Assembly: GCA_018666805.1 (NCBI GenBank)
Contig: JABIXB010000250.1
Coordinates: 12,557-76,556, forward strand
Source of the DNA: Rhodospirillaceae bacterium
GTDB taxonomy: Bacteria; Pseudomonadota; Alphaproteobacteria; UBA828
Length of the DNA stretch: 64,000 bases
Direction of reading: 5' to 3'
Shown here: positions 45,093 through 53,595 of the stretch, piece by piece
Position numbering within the stretch: position 1 is the first letter of the stretch
How the letters are laid out: every line of letters begins with the position of its first letter
Position numbers and translations under genes: made by a program
The notes under the pieces: model-generated
What the model was told of the DNA's origin: nothing
The model's database searches: none
What the model saw: the letters and a program-made list of their open reading frames with translations, nothing else

Positions 45093-46178
45093 TCAGCCTT
45101 TAAACTTGGTGGAATAGCGCGGCGCGACTTCGCGCGCGAAGCGGCGCATCCAGTCATGCCGCTTGGCGCGCGGGATGCCGGTGGTGGCGATATGGAGGAA
45201 AAAATTGCCGAAGCCGGCAGCCATATAGCGTTCGAGCTGGCGGCATACGGTCTCGGGCGAGCCGACCAGTTGAAATTGCGACCAGCGCGGCATGAATTCC
45301 GGATTGCACTTCGTCACCATGCTGTTGAAGACGTGGCTCCACGCTTTGTAGGACTGCAAATTCTTAAAGTGGTCTTTGTCGCCTTCGTAATGATCGACCT
45401 GCTGCTGCATGAAAGGCGGGATATAGGTTTTGGCGTCTTCGAGTGCCGCTTCGTCGCTATCGCCAATAATACAATGGACCATCAGCGGAATCGGCGTGGC
45501 GGTGTTGATATCGTGCGCGGCGGCGCGCTCATGCCAGCGCGCGATCACCTCATGCTGCTTGTCGAAATTGACGATGGTGGTGCAGATTGGCGTCAGGCCC
45601 ATATCGGCCATGATCTCGGCGCTCTCCGGGCTGGCCCCGAGGGCGCCGTAAAAATGGATCTTGCTGCTGTCGGTGCGCGGGCGAATCTCGATTTCCTTCG
45701 GCAGGTTCAAATACTCGCCCTGATAGGTGAAGCGCCCGCCGGCGAGGGCTTTGGTCAGCACCTCGTAGCTCTCGCGGAAGCGCGCCCGGCTACTATCCAT
45801 ATCGATGCGCAAGGCGTCATATTCCATTTTGGCGGTGCCGCGTCCGAGGCCGAGATGGAGCGGCTGTTTGGTCAGTTCATTGAGTTGGGCGATTTCCTCG
45901 GCGAGACGCAGCGGCTCATACCACGGCGTCACCAGCACACAGGTGCCGAGCGCCAAACCGGGAAAGCGCGCGGCAATAAAATGCAGGAAGGATAGCGGGT
46001 TGGGCGTCGGGTAATAATCAGAGAAATGGTGCTCGATCATCCATGCGGTGCCATAGCCCAATTCCTGGCCAAGCTCGCAATCGGCGAGAATTTCATCATA
46101 GGTTTCGCCGTCGCTGAGGCTGGTTTCGCCGGTCGGCGCGGCGACAAAACCGAATTCGATATCCTGGCGCGCGGTCAT
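45093..46178 (-). CDS. LLM-class flavin-dependent oxidoreductase (luciferase-like monooxygenase), second paralog
   Basis: 361 aa TIM-barrel LLM pattern (FGFVAAP...GTAWMIEHHF). Confidence 0.7.
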   Translation of the reverse strand: MTARQDIEFGFVAAPTGETSLSDGETYDEILADCELGQELGYGTAWMIEHHFSDYYPTPNPLSFLHFIAARFPGLALGTCVLVTPWYEPLRLAEEIAQLNELTKQPLHLGLGRGTAKMEYDALRIDMDSSRARFRESYEVLTKALAGGRFTYQGEYLNLPKEIEIRPRTDSSKIHFYGALGASPESAEIMADMGLTPICTTIVNFDKQHEVIARWHERAAAHDINTATPIPLMVHCIIGDSDEAALEDAKTYIPPFMQQQVDHYEGDKDHFKNLQSYKAWSHVFNSMVTKCNPEFMPRWSQFQLVGSPETVCRQLERYMAAGFGNFFLHIATTGIPRAKRHDWMRRFAREVAPRYSTKFKG

Positions 46179-46195
46179 TCCCTTTTCTCCAATAT

Positions 46196-46972
46196 CTATT
46201 TATCGGCCGGTGCGCTGCGCTGCGCCAAGCCTTCCAAACCTTCCCGGCTAACCTTCAGATGAGCCGCCATGGCGCGCTCCGCCGCCGCTCCATCGCCGGC
46301 CTCAAGAGCGGCAAAAATGGCTTCGTGGTAGGCGTTGGACTTGACCGCCAGGCGGCGGAACACGGCGCCGACCGGGGAAAACATGGCGGCGCGCGCCTCT
46401 TCGATGGCGGCCAGTAAATAGGGATTGTGCGCGGCGCGGGCGATGCCGAGGTGAAATTCGGAATCGACCGCCATGAATTGGCTGACAGCGGCCAGTGCCT
46501 GGCTTTCATCCGCCTCTTGGCCGAGCACCGACAATTCGCCCATGCGCCGCAACTGAGCGGCAAGTTCAGCCAGGTCATTGTCGTCGCGCCGCGCCGAGGC
46601 CAGGCGCGCGGCGGCGCATTCAATGGCGAGGCGATAATCATAGATGGCGGCGATGGCTTCCAGTCTGTCGTTGTGCGATTTGCGTAAATGGCTGGCCGAG
46701 GTTTTCTGGTCGAGCACGCTGAGGCCGCCGGCTGCACCGCGTTTGCTGCGCACCAGCCCTTCGCCCTCCAGCACTTTGACCGCTTCGCGCACCGTGGTGC
46801 GCGAGACTCCGAGCTGCTTGGCGAGCTCGCGCTCTGGCGGCAATTTATCGCCGGCGAGGAAGCGGCCCAAATGAATCGCCCGGCGCAACTGCTCGACCAC
46901 CAGTTCGCAGGCTGAGGTCGGACGCACCGGATCGATTATGGCGGAAGCGTCGCTCACTGATTTCCCTCGCAT
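46196..46972 (-). CDS. GntR-family transcriptional regulator (FCD subfamily), second copy
   Basis: wHTH (GDKLPPERELAKQLGVSRTTVREAVKVLEGEGLV) plus FCD domain. Divergent from the Cys-rich hypothetical gene (56-nt spacer). Confidence 0.8.
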   Translation of the reverse strand: MRGKSVSDASAIIDPVRPTSACELVVEQLRRAIHLGRFLAGDKLPPERELAKQLGVSRTTVREAVKVLEGEGLVRSKRGAAGGLSVLDQKTSASHLRKSHNDRLEAIAAIYDYRLAIECAAARLASARRDDNDLAELAAQLRRMGELSVLGQEADESQALAAVSQFMAVDSEFHLGIARAAHNPYLLAAIEEARAAMFSPVGAVFRRLAVKSNAYHEAIFAALEAGDGAAAERAMAAHLKVSREGLEGLAQRSAPADK

Positions 46973-47028
46973 TATTTCAATGGTCTAAATATCATACCTT
47001 AAGCGATACCGCTATTAAGGAGCAAAAC

Positions 47029-48069
47029 ATGGCCGGGAAACCAGGCGAAGCAGCACTGGCATTCGATGCCGATCTCGGCCATATCGCGCCGATAGGCGCG
47101 TTGATCGAGCAGGGCGAATCGAGCTATCGCCGGGCCGCCCGGGCCTTGGCCGCCGGGCGCTTCGAGGATGCCGCGCAGCTCGGCCGCTATACGGTCGAGG
47201 AAGCGCGCGAGGGGCATGAGCTCTATGCCGCGTGGCGCGATCAAACCCGGCGTTACCTCCTGCGCGAGGGCGTGGCTGAAAAAGTCGTCGCGGCAGAACA
47301 GGCGCGCCTTGCCGGGCTTTTGCGTTTGGATGATGGCGCGCCGTTCGATGCCGATCAGCGCTGGGCGGAATTCAAAGGGCTAATCGATGATTTCGTTTTT
47401 TCCTGTGGCGCCGGCAATGCCACGCGCGCCGGCGAACAGCTTGAGGCGGCGCGGCTGTCGTGGCGCGATACGCATGACCGCGCCTGCGATTGGGTCTATG
47501 GCCTGCAGGATGCGGTGGTGCGCCATCTCGGCGAGGCGCGCATTGGCCCGCTCTGGGATGAGCTGATGGCGCCGATGTATGAGACCTATGACCGCTATGA
47601 CACCAACCACACGCCGTGGCCGCAATCGATCCGCCGCCTGGTGCTGGTCGCGGCTGAAAGCTTACGCGGCCATCTGAGCGGCCCCGGGCGTATGGGCGAT
47701 ATCGAAATCACCGAAGAGCCTGAACGCTGGGTGCTGAGTTTTGATCCGTGTGGCTCGGGCGGGCGCACCTACCGCGACGATGCGGGCGAAGGCTATGCCC
47801 CGCGCATGGCGCCGCCCTATGATTTCGCCGTCACCGAGGAGGAACATGATTGGGCCTGGAATAAGAAGGGCATCTGCGTCTATTGCGTCCATTGCTGCCA
47901 GCTCAATCAGCGCATGCCGATCGGCCGCTTCGGCTATCCGACGCGGGTGGTCGATCCGCCCACCTGGCCCGAGGCGAAGACGGGCGGCAAATGCGTCTGG
48001 AGCGTTTACAAGGACCCGTCCCTGGTGCCGGAAGACGCCTACCGGCAAGTCGGCGCGAAAAAACCGTGA
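47029..48069 (+). CDS. hypothetical protein with C-terminal Cys cluster (CVYCVHCC...C)
   Basis: 346 aa ORF with protein-like, diverse composition (W/Y/D/E rich). No family recognised. Cys-rich segment GICVYCVHCCQLNQ plus CVWSV near the C-terminus. Followed within 1 nt by the SDR gene. Confidence 0.55.
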   Translation: MAGKPGEAALAFDADLGHIAPIGALIEQGESSYRRAARALAAGRFEDAAQLGRYTVEEAREGHELYAAWRDQTRRYLLREGVAEKVVAAEQARLAGLLRLDDGAPFDADQRWAEFKGLIDDFVFSCGAGNATRAGEQLEAARLSWRDTHDRACDWVYGLQDAVVRHLGEARIGPLWDELMAPMYETYDRYDTNHTPWPQSIRRLVLVAAESLRGHLSGPGRMGDIEITEEPERWVLSFDPCGSGGRTYRDDAGEGYAPRMAPPYDFAVTEEEHDWAWNKKGICVYCVHCCQLNQRMPIGRFGYPTRVVDPPTWPEAKTGGKCVWSVYKDPSLVPEDAYRQVGAKKP

Positions 48070-48070
48070 C

Positions 48071-48838
48071 ATGAAGCCCGCCGCACCGAGTGAATTTATC
48101 AAGCGCGGCGGCCTCGTTGCCGGCGCCGGTGGCGGCATGGGCCTCGCCATCGCCAACAGCCTGATTGAGGCCGGCGCCAATATCGTACTCGCCGATATTA
48201 AGCCCGAGCCGGCAAACATCGCCGATGGCCCGGGCCGCGCCATTTACCTGCAAGGCGATCTAAGCCAGGCGGAATTTTCCCGCCAAGCTGTCAGCCGGGC
48301 GCAAGAGCATGCCGGGCGCTTCGATTTTCTCGTCAATACGGTCGGCGTCTGGTGGGGCGAGGAGGATGTCTCCCTGGTCGACATCGACCTCGGCGTTTGG
48401 GACCGGGTGTTTGAGAATAATTTGGATAGCATGATGTTGACGGCGCGCCATGCGGTGCCGTTGATGCAAAAAAACGGCGGCGGCGCGATGCTGCTTTTTT
48501 CCTCGATCCAGGCGCTGCGCGGCGATGCGTTGGCGCAGGATGCCTATAGCGCCTCAAAGGGTGCGATCCGCGCCCTCTCCAAATCCTTCGCCATTCAATT
48601 CGCCGGCGACAATATTCGCTGCAATACTATCGTGCCGGGTTATGTCTGGACCGGCATGATGGGGCGTCTCGAGGGTAAACCCGAACGGCGCCAGGAGATG
48701 CAGGACATCATCCCGCTCAAGCGCTTTGGCACGGTGGCCGATATTGCCGGGGCGTGCCTCTTTCTGCTGTCGGACTCCGCGTCCTTTATCACCGGCACTG
48801 AATTGATCATCGATGGCGGCACTACCGCGCGGCCCTAA
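48071..48838 (+). CDS. SDR-family oxidoreductase
   Basis: Gly-rich NAD-binding motif (GAGGGMGLAIA) and catalytic YSASK. Start ATG 48071; the track start 47741 is an in-frame read-through of the preceding gene region. Confidence 0.75.
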   Translation: MKPAAPSEFIKRGGLVAGAGGGMGLAIANSLIEAGANIVLADIKPEPANIADGPGRAIYLQGDLSQAEFSRQAVSRAQEHAGRFDFLVNTVGVWWGEEDVSLVDIDLGVWDRVFENNLDSMMLTARHAVPLMQKNGGGAMLLFSSIQALRGDALAQDAYSASKGAIRALSKSFAIQFAGDNIRCNTIVPGYVWTGMMGRLEGKPERRQEMQDIIPLKRFGTVADIAGACLFLLSDSASFITGTELIIDGGTTARP

Positions 48839-49947
48839 GCAGCGTTGAAATCCGCCATGCGCACCGGCAGGCGCTTGGCGCCCCAGCCGCCGGGTGCCGT
48901 GTCGAACACACCGGCGCAAGGCGTGCCGCATTGCCGGCAGGCGCCACTGTCGTCCAATCCCCAGCGCGTCAGGTTGTAACGCTCGCGGCCAATCAGCAGG
49001 GCGCGGCAATTATGGCAATAGGTGCTGGCCCGGCCGCGGTCGCTGACATTGCCGACATAGGCGTGCTGCACGCCATTTTTAAGCGCCGTGCGGCGCGCCA
49101 GGTTGAGCGTCTCGGGCGGCGTGTTGGGTTTGTCCATCATGCGGTAATCCGGGTGAAAGGCGGAAAAATGCATCGGCACGTCGGGCCCGAGATGCTCGAC
49201 CACCCAGGCGCTCATTTCGTCGAACTCGGCTTCCGTATCGTTTTCTCCGGGAATGACCAGCGTGGTGAGTTCGAACCAGGTATCGGTTTCGGCTTTGAGA
49301 TATTGCAGCGTTTCCAGCACATCCTTGAGGTGGCTTTTGGTGATGTTCCAGTAAAAGTCCTCGGTAAATGCCTTTAAGTCCACATTAGCCGCATCCATAT
49401 GACGGAAGAATTCCATGCGCGGTTCGGGCGAGATGTAGCCCGCCGTGACCGCCACCGTGGCGATGCCGATCTCCTTGCACGCTTGCGCGATATCGATGGC
49501 ATATTCCATGAATATCACGGGGTCGTTATAGGTAAAGGCGACGCTCTTGCAGCCGAGCTTTTGCGCCACCTCGGCCACCAGTTCGGGCTTGGCGCCATCG
49601 GCCAGGGTGTCGATCTCGCGCGATTTGCTGATGTCCCAATTCTGGCAGAATTTGCACGCCAGATTGCAGCCCGCCGTGCCGAACGAAAGCGTCGGCGTGC
49701 CGGGCAGAAAATGATTGAGCGGCTTCTTCTCGATCGGATCGACGCAATAGCCGCTTGAGCGGCCATAGGTGGTGAGCACCACTTCATCGCCCATCCGGCC
49801 GCGCACGAAACACAGGCCGCGCTGGCTTTCCTTGAGTTTGCATGCGCGCGGGCAGAGATCGCATTGCACGCGGCCATCGTCGAGGCCGTGCCAATATTGC
49901 GTCGGCCAGGTTTCCGTCTTGTCGTCGATATGCTCGTCACCGCTCAT
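48835..49947 (-). CDS. AmmeMemoRadiSam-system radical SAM enzyme
   Basis: CNLACKFCQNWD radical-SAM CX3CX2C motif, plus an N-terminal CDLCPRAC cluster and C-terminal CHNC...CRQCGTPC cysteines, as in this system's radical SAM family. Divergent from the MEMO1-AMMECR1 gene. Confidence 0.75.
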   Translation of the reverse strand: MSGDEHIDDKTETWPTQYWHGLDDGRVQCDLCPRACKLKESQRGLCFVRGRMGDEVVLTTYGRSSGYCVDPIEKKPLNHFLPGTPTLSFGTAGCNLACKFCQNWDISKSREIDTLADGAKPELVAEVAQKLGCKSVAFTYNDPVIFMEYAIDIAQACKEIGIATVAVTAGYISPEPRMEFFRHMDAANVDLKAFTEDFYWNITKSHLKDVLETLQYLKAETDTWFELTTLVIPGENDTEAEFDEMSAWVVEHLGPDVPMHFSAFHPDYRMMDKPNTPPETLNLARRTALKNGVQHAYVGNVSDRGRASTYCHNCRALLIGRERYNLTRWGLDDSGACRQCGTPCAGVFDTAPGGWGAKRLPVRMADFNAA

Positions 49948-50009
49948 AAGGCACTTTTCCGCTGCGCTGTGCTAGACTGTGAGCGTAGCAAACCTGCAGG
50001 GGTCTATCC

Positions 50010-51401
50010 ATGGCAAGCGTGCGCCAGCCGGTGGTTGCCGGCACATTCTATTCCGCCGACGCGGGCGAATTGGAAAATTCGGTGATGGCTCACCTCGATT
50101 CGCCACTCGCCTGGGACATTGATGCCAAGGCGTTGGTGGTGCCCCATGCCGGCCATGTCTATTCCGGCGCCATCGCCGGCTCGGCCTATGCCTCGGTGCG
50201 CCACCTTGCCGATAAGATAGAGCGCGTCGTGCTGCTCGGCCCGGCGCACCGCGTGGCGTTCAAGGGCATTGCCGTGCCGAGCGCCGATGCCCATGCCACA
50301 CCACTTGGTGACATCGCGGTCGACTGGCAGGGCGTTGCCGATGCGCTATCGCTGCCCCAGGTCCAGCTCAGCGATGCCGCTTTCGAGGGCGAGCATTCGC
50401 TCGAAGTTCATTTGCCGTTTCTGCAGCGCGCGCTCGGCGATTTCAAACTGGTGCCGCTGTTGGTCGGCGACGCCAAGCCGGAAGGGGTTGAGCAGGTATT
50501 GCGCAAACTGTGGGGCGGGCCGGAAACGCTGATCGTGATCAGCACCGATCTCAGCCATTTCCACGAATATGAAGCGGCGCAGAAACTCGACAACAGCGCC
50601 TCGCGCGCCATCGAGACCTTTAATGTCGAGGGCTTGAGCGGTGATCTGGCCTGCGGCTTCCGCCCGCTCTCCGGCCTGCTCCGCGCCGCGCAACGGCTCG
50701 ACCTTCGCCCGACGACGCTCGATGTGCGCAATTCCGGCGATACGGCGGGCGATAAAAGCCGCGTCGTCGGCTATGGCTCCTATGCCTTCGAATATTACGG
50801 TACGGCGCGTATGCCGGAGAAGTTCCGCGACCCCTTGCTCGATATCGCTCAGCAATCGATCCGCCACGGCATCCAAAACGGCACTTGCCCGAATGTCGAA
50901 GTGCTGGGCTTCCCCCATCCCATGCGCACGCTGCGCCGCACCTTTGTCAGCGTCCACACAGGCGGCCAACTGCGCGGCTGCGTCGGCTCGCTCGCCGCCA
51001 ATAATCCACTGATTGCCGATGTGGTGCAGAACGCCTACCGCGCGGCGTTTGAGGACAAGCGCTTCAAACCGCTCAGCGACGACGATCTTAGCGAAACCGA
51101 TATCAGCGTCTCAATCCTGAGCACGCCCAGGGCGATGAACTTCCGCGACGAGGCCGATCTGGTGGCGCAAATTCAGCCCGATACGGATGGGCTGATTTTA
51201 CAAGACGGCCAGAAGCGCGGCATTTTCCTGCCGGTGGTGTGGGAGCAGATCGCCGCGCCGCGTGATTTTCTCCGCCATTTGAAAAACAAGGCGGGCCTGC
51301 CGCTCGACCATTGGTCGGACGGCCTCAAGGTGTGGCGCTATACCACCGAATCCTTCGGCGCCAAATTCAGCCCGGCGCCGGGTGCCACCCAACCGAACTA
51401 G
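50010..51401 (+). CDS. fused AmmeMemoRadiSam system protein B (MEMO1-like) and protein A (AMMECR1 domain)
   Basis: N-terminal half carries the MEMO1 signature (VVPHAGHVYSGAIAGSAY, ISTDLSHFH). C-terminal half carries the AMMECR1 signature (GGQLRGCVGSL). 463 aa, a length appropriate for a fusion of the two. Confidence 0.75.
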   Translation: MASVRQPVVAGTFYSADAGELENSVMAHLDSPLAWDIDAKALVVPHAGHVYSGAIAGSAYASVRHLADKIERVVLLGPAHRVAFKGIAVPSADAHATPLGDIAVDWQGVADALSLPQVQLSDAAFEGEHSLEVHLPFLQRALGDFKLVPLLVGDAKPEGVEQVLRKLWGGPETLIVISTDLSHFHEYEAAQKLDNSASRAIETFNVEGLSGDLACGFRPLSGLLRAAQRLDLRPTTLDVRNSGDTAGDKSRVVGYGSYAFEYYGTARMPEKFRDPLLDIAQQSIRHGIQNGTCPNVEVLGFPHPMRTLRRTFVSVHTGGQLRGCVGSLAANNPLIADVVQNAYRAAFEDKRFKPLSDDDLSETDISVSILSTPRAMNFRDEADLVAQIQPDTDGLILQDGQKRGIFLPVVWEQIAAPRDFLRHLKNKAGLPLDHWSDGLKVWRYTTESFGAKFSPAPGATQPN

Positions 51402-51709
51402 CGGCTGGCGACCACAGAAATATCGGGCTGCTCGCCAGGCGGGTTCCAAACCCAAACCGGGCCCAAACCGCGTTTCCAGGTTCCCAAAGCGGTATCGACT
51501 TCCGCCTGGATATCGCTGTGCTGAACCGGCGCGCCGGTTTTTGCCGCGTCTATATACAGTTGTGAGGGATCGTCGACGCTTTCCAGAAATCCGAGCCGAA
51601 GCGCATTATCGGGTTCGGCGAGAGCCGGGATGGTGAAAAACGGAGCAGACAAGACCGCGCTCAGAGCGAGCGCAATGGTGGCGTAGAGAGGAATGAAACT
51701 TACAGGCAT
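51398..51709 (-). CDS. small secreted hypothetical protein
   Basis: GGAGG SD 6 nt upstream. N-terminal signal peptide (IPLYATIALALSAVLSAPFFTIPALA). 103 aa. Confidence 0.5.
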   Translation of the reverse strand: MPVSFIPLYATIALALSAVLSAPFFTIPALAEPDNALRLGFLESVDDPSQLYIDAAKTGAPVQHSDIQAEVDTALGTWKRGLGPVWVWNPPGEQPDISVVASR

Positions 51710-51803
51710 ACCTTGCCTCCATGGCAGAGCTATTTGCTCTCACTATGATTCCCCGCCGTCGCTCGTAACCTGCGAACGATAGCCCTGATTCATTTAGGAT
51801 TAT

Positions 51804-52643
51804 TTAAGTGTTATGATTAACATCCGGTAGGATTTCGAGCGGCTGTGCCGTATCACGCACGGTTTCCAGCGCCTCGGCAATGCGTTTGGCCCACAATTCC
51901 GCGCCTTCCGGCGTGTCGATTAAATCCTGGCGAATCTCAATCTCGATATGCGGCAGGCCGCGCTTTTGACCATGTTCGGGGATCGAATAATCCGACGGTC
52001 CGTCAATGGCATAGGGCTCGTTCTCGCCGATGCAGATGCCCGGCACTTGGGCGCTAAACGCTGCCTTGAGAGGCGCCACCAGGCGCCGGTCATGCTCGAA
52101 CAGAAGGCCGATTTGCCACGGCCGCGCCGCGCCGTCGCTCATTCGCGGGGTGAAGCTGTGCATGGCGACGAAAATCGGAATCTCGCCGGCGGCGATGAGG
52201 CGGTCGAGAGCGCCCGAGATTTGCCGGTGATAGGGCCAGTAGCATGCCGCTGCCCGTGCCGCCGCTTCATGCGGAGAAACAGCCTGGTTGGCCGGAACCT
52301 GCGTGTTATCGCTCACGCTCGGAATGGAGGTGGGCGAGGTGAGCGGGCGGTTGCAATCGATCACCAGGCGGGAATAGCCGGAGAAATAGGCCGGCGCATC
52401 GAGCCCCGCCGCCAGATGTTTCGTCACCTCGGCGGCGCCGATATCCCAGGCGATATGGCGGCTAAGGTCGTCCGCTGTTAAGCCGAGACCATCCATATGG
52501 CGCGGCACGGCAGCGCTGGCATGGTCGCAAGTCAAAATAAAGCGTGGCCGGCCGCCCTGATTATGGAGAGTAAAAGGCGGTGGGTCTTCGGAATCCAGCA
52601 ATGTGGGATCGAAACGGGGTGACTCGCGCATGGCGCTCATCAT
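51804..52643 (-). CDS. N-formylglutamate amidohydrolase (FGase) family protein, second paralog
   Basis: Same motif set as 41328-42119 (ILTCDHASAAVP, LVIDCNRP, MHSFTP, GENEPY). Exact start uncertain; Met codons at residues 1, 2 and 5 of the track ORF. Confidence 0.7.
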   Translation of the reverse strand: MMSAMRESPRFDPTLLDSEDPPPFTLHNQGGRPRFILTCDHASAAVPRHMDGLGLTADDLSRHIAWDIGAAEVTKHLAAGLDAPAYFSGYSRLVIDCNRPLTSPTSIPSVSDNTQVPANQAVSPHEAAARAAACYWPYHRQISGALDRLIAAGEIPIFVAMHSFTPRMSDGAARPWQIGLLFEHDRRLVAPLKAAFSAQVPGICIGENEPYAIDGPSDYSIPEHGQKRGLPHIEIEIRQDLIDTPEGAELWAKRIAEALETVRDTAQPLEILPDVNHNT

Positions 52644-52721
52644 GCATGAAGCCGCGTTCCGGTCCAGACAGGAAGCGCCGGCTGGTCTATGATCCGGGCG
52701 GAAGAGATCGGGAGAGTAATC

Positions 52722-53396
52722 ATGAGTAATTCAAGTGCCGGCCTGACCCGCGACGTGCCGTTAGAGCCGGGGCGCGCCGCGCTCCTCATTGTCGATGTGC
52801 AGAATTATTGCTGCGACCGGGATGGCGGTGCGGTCAAGGATATGGCCGAGGCCGATTTCCAGGCCCAGTATGGCGAATATTTTGAGCGCCTCGAAAACCA
52901 AGCCATTCCCAACATGCAAAGCCTGATCAATGCTTGCCGCGAAGTCGGGGTCGAAGTGATCTATACCGTGATCGAGGCGCTCACCCGCGACGGGCGCGAC
53001 CGTGGCCTCGATTACAAAATTACCGGATTTCTCGTGCCGCGCGGCTCGCGCGACGGCAAGGTGATTGACGCCATCGCGCCCGGCGAAGACGAGATCGTGC
53101 TGCCGAAATCCGCGTCCAGCGTCTTCAATGCCACCAATATTGAATATGTACTGCGCAATCTCGGCGTTGAGCGCCTCGCCATCTGCGGCGTCTATACCGA
53201 CCAATGCGTCGAATCGGCGGTGCGCGACGCCTGTGATCGGGGCTTTCTCGTCACCCTGGTGCCGGACGCCTGCGCCACCACCTCCCAGAGCGCGCATGAC
53301 AATTCCCTGAAGGCGATCAAAGGTTATTGCCGGACGCTCGGCACGGCTGAACTCGTGGCGGAGTTGAAAACCTATCGACAACGCCGTGCGAGCTAG
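52722..53396 (+). CDS. isochorismatase-family cysteine hydrolase
   Basis: ALLIVDVQNYC start of the isochorismatase fold and catalytic Cys context (LAICGVYTDQCV). ATG 52722 with GGGAGAG SD preferred over the track start 52689. Confidence 0.75.
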   Translation: MSNSSAGLTRDVPLEPGRAALLIVDVQNYCCDRDGGAVKDMAEADFQAQYGEYFERLENQAIPNMQSLINACREVGVEVIYTVIEALTRDGRDRGLDYKITGFLVPRGSRDGKVIDAIAPGEDEIVLPKSASSVFNATNIEYVLRNLGVERLAICGVYTDQCVESAVRDACDRGFLVTLVPDACATTSQSAHDNSLKAIKGYCRTLGTAELVAELKTYRQRRAS

Positions 53397-53595
53397 AATT
53401 TGCACATTCGATACGGCTAAACTATATAACACTATTCGGATGAAATTGTTCTTATCCTGTGCGTTATAAATAGTCCCTATGAACAGGGTCTCGTAAGATA
53501 AGCTGTAGATTAGAATGATTCAAGTCAAGATTGGGCCTTGCCATTCTCGGCCATAAATCAATCTGTCTATTTACAACCGCAGCCAGAGAATCCTG

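Noticed and set aside
42849-48243. Assorted antisense ORFs (42849-43481 -, 43656-44126 +, 45156-45995 +, 46255-46737 -, 47662-48243 -, 47903-48253 -)
   Set aside because: All lie opposite motif-supported genes and show GC-skewed composition.
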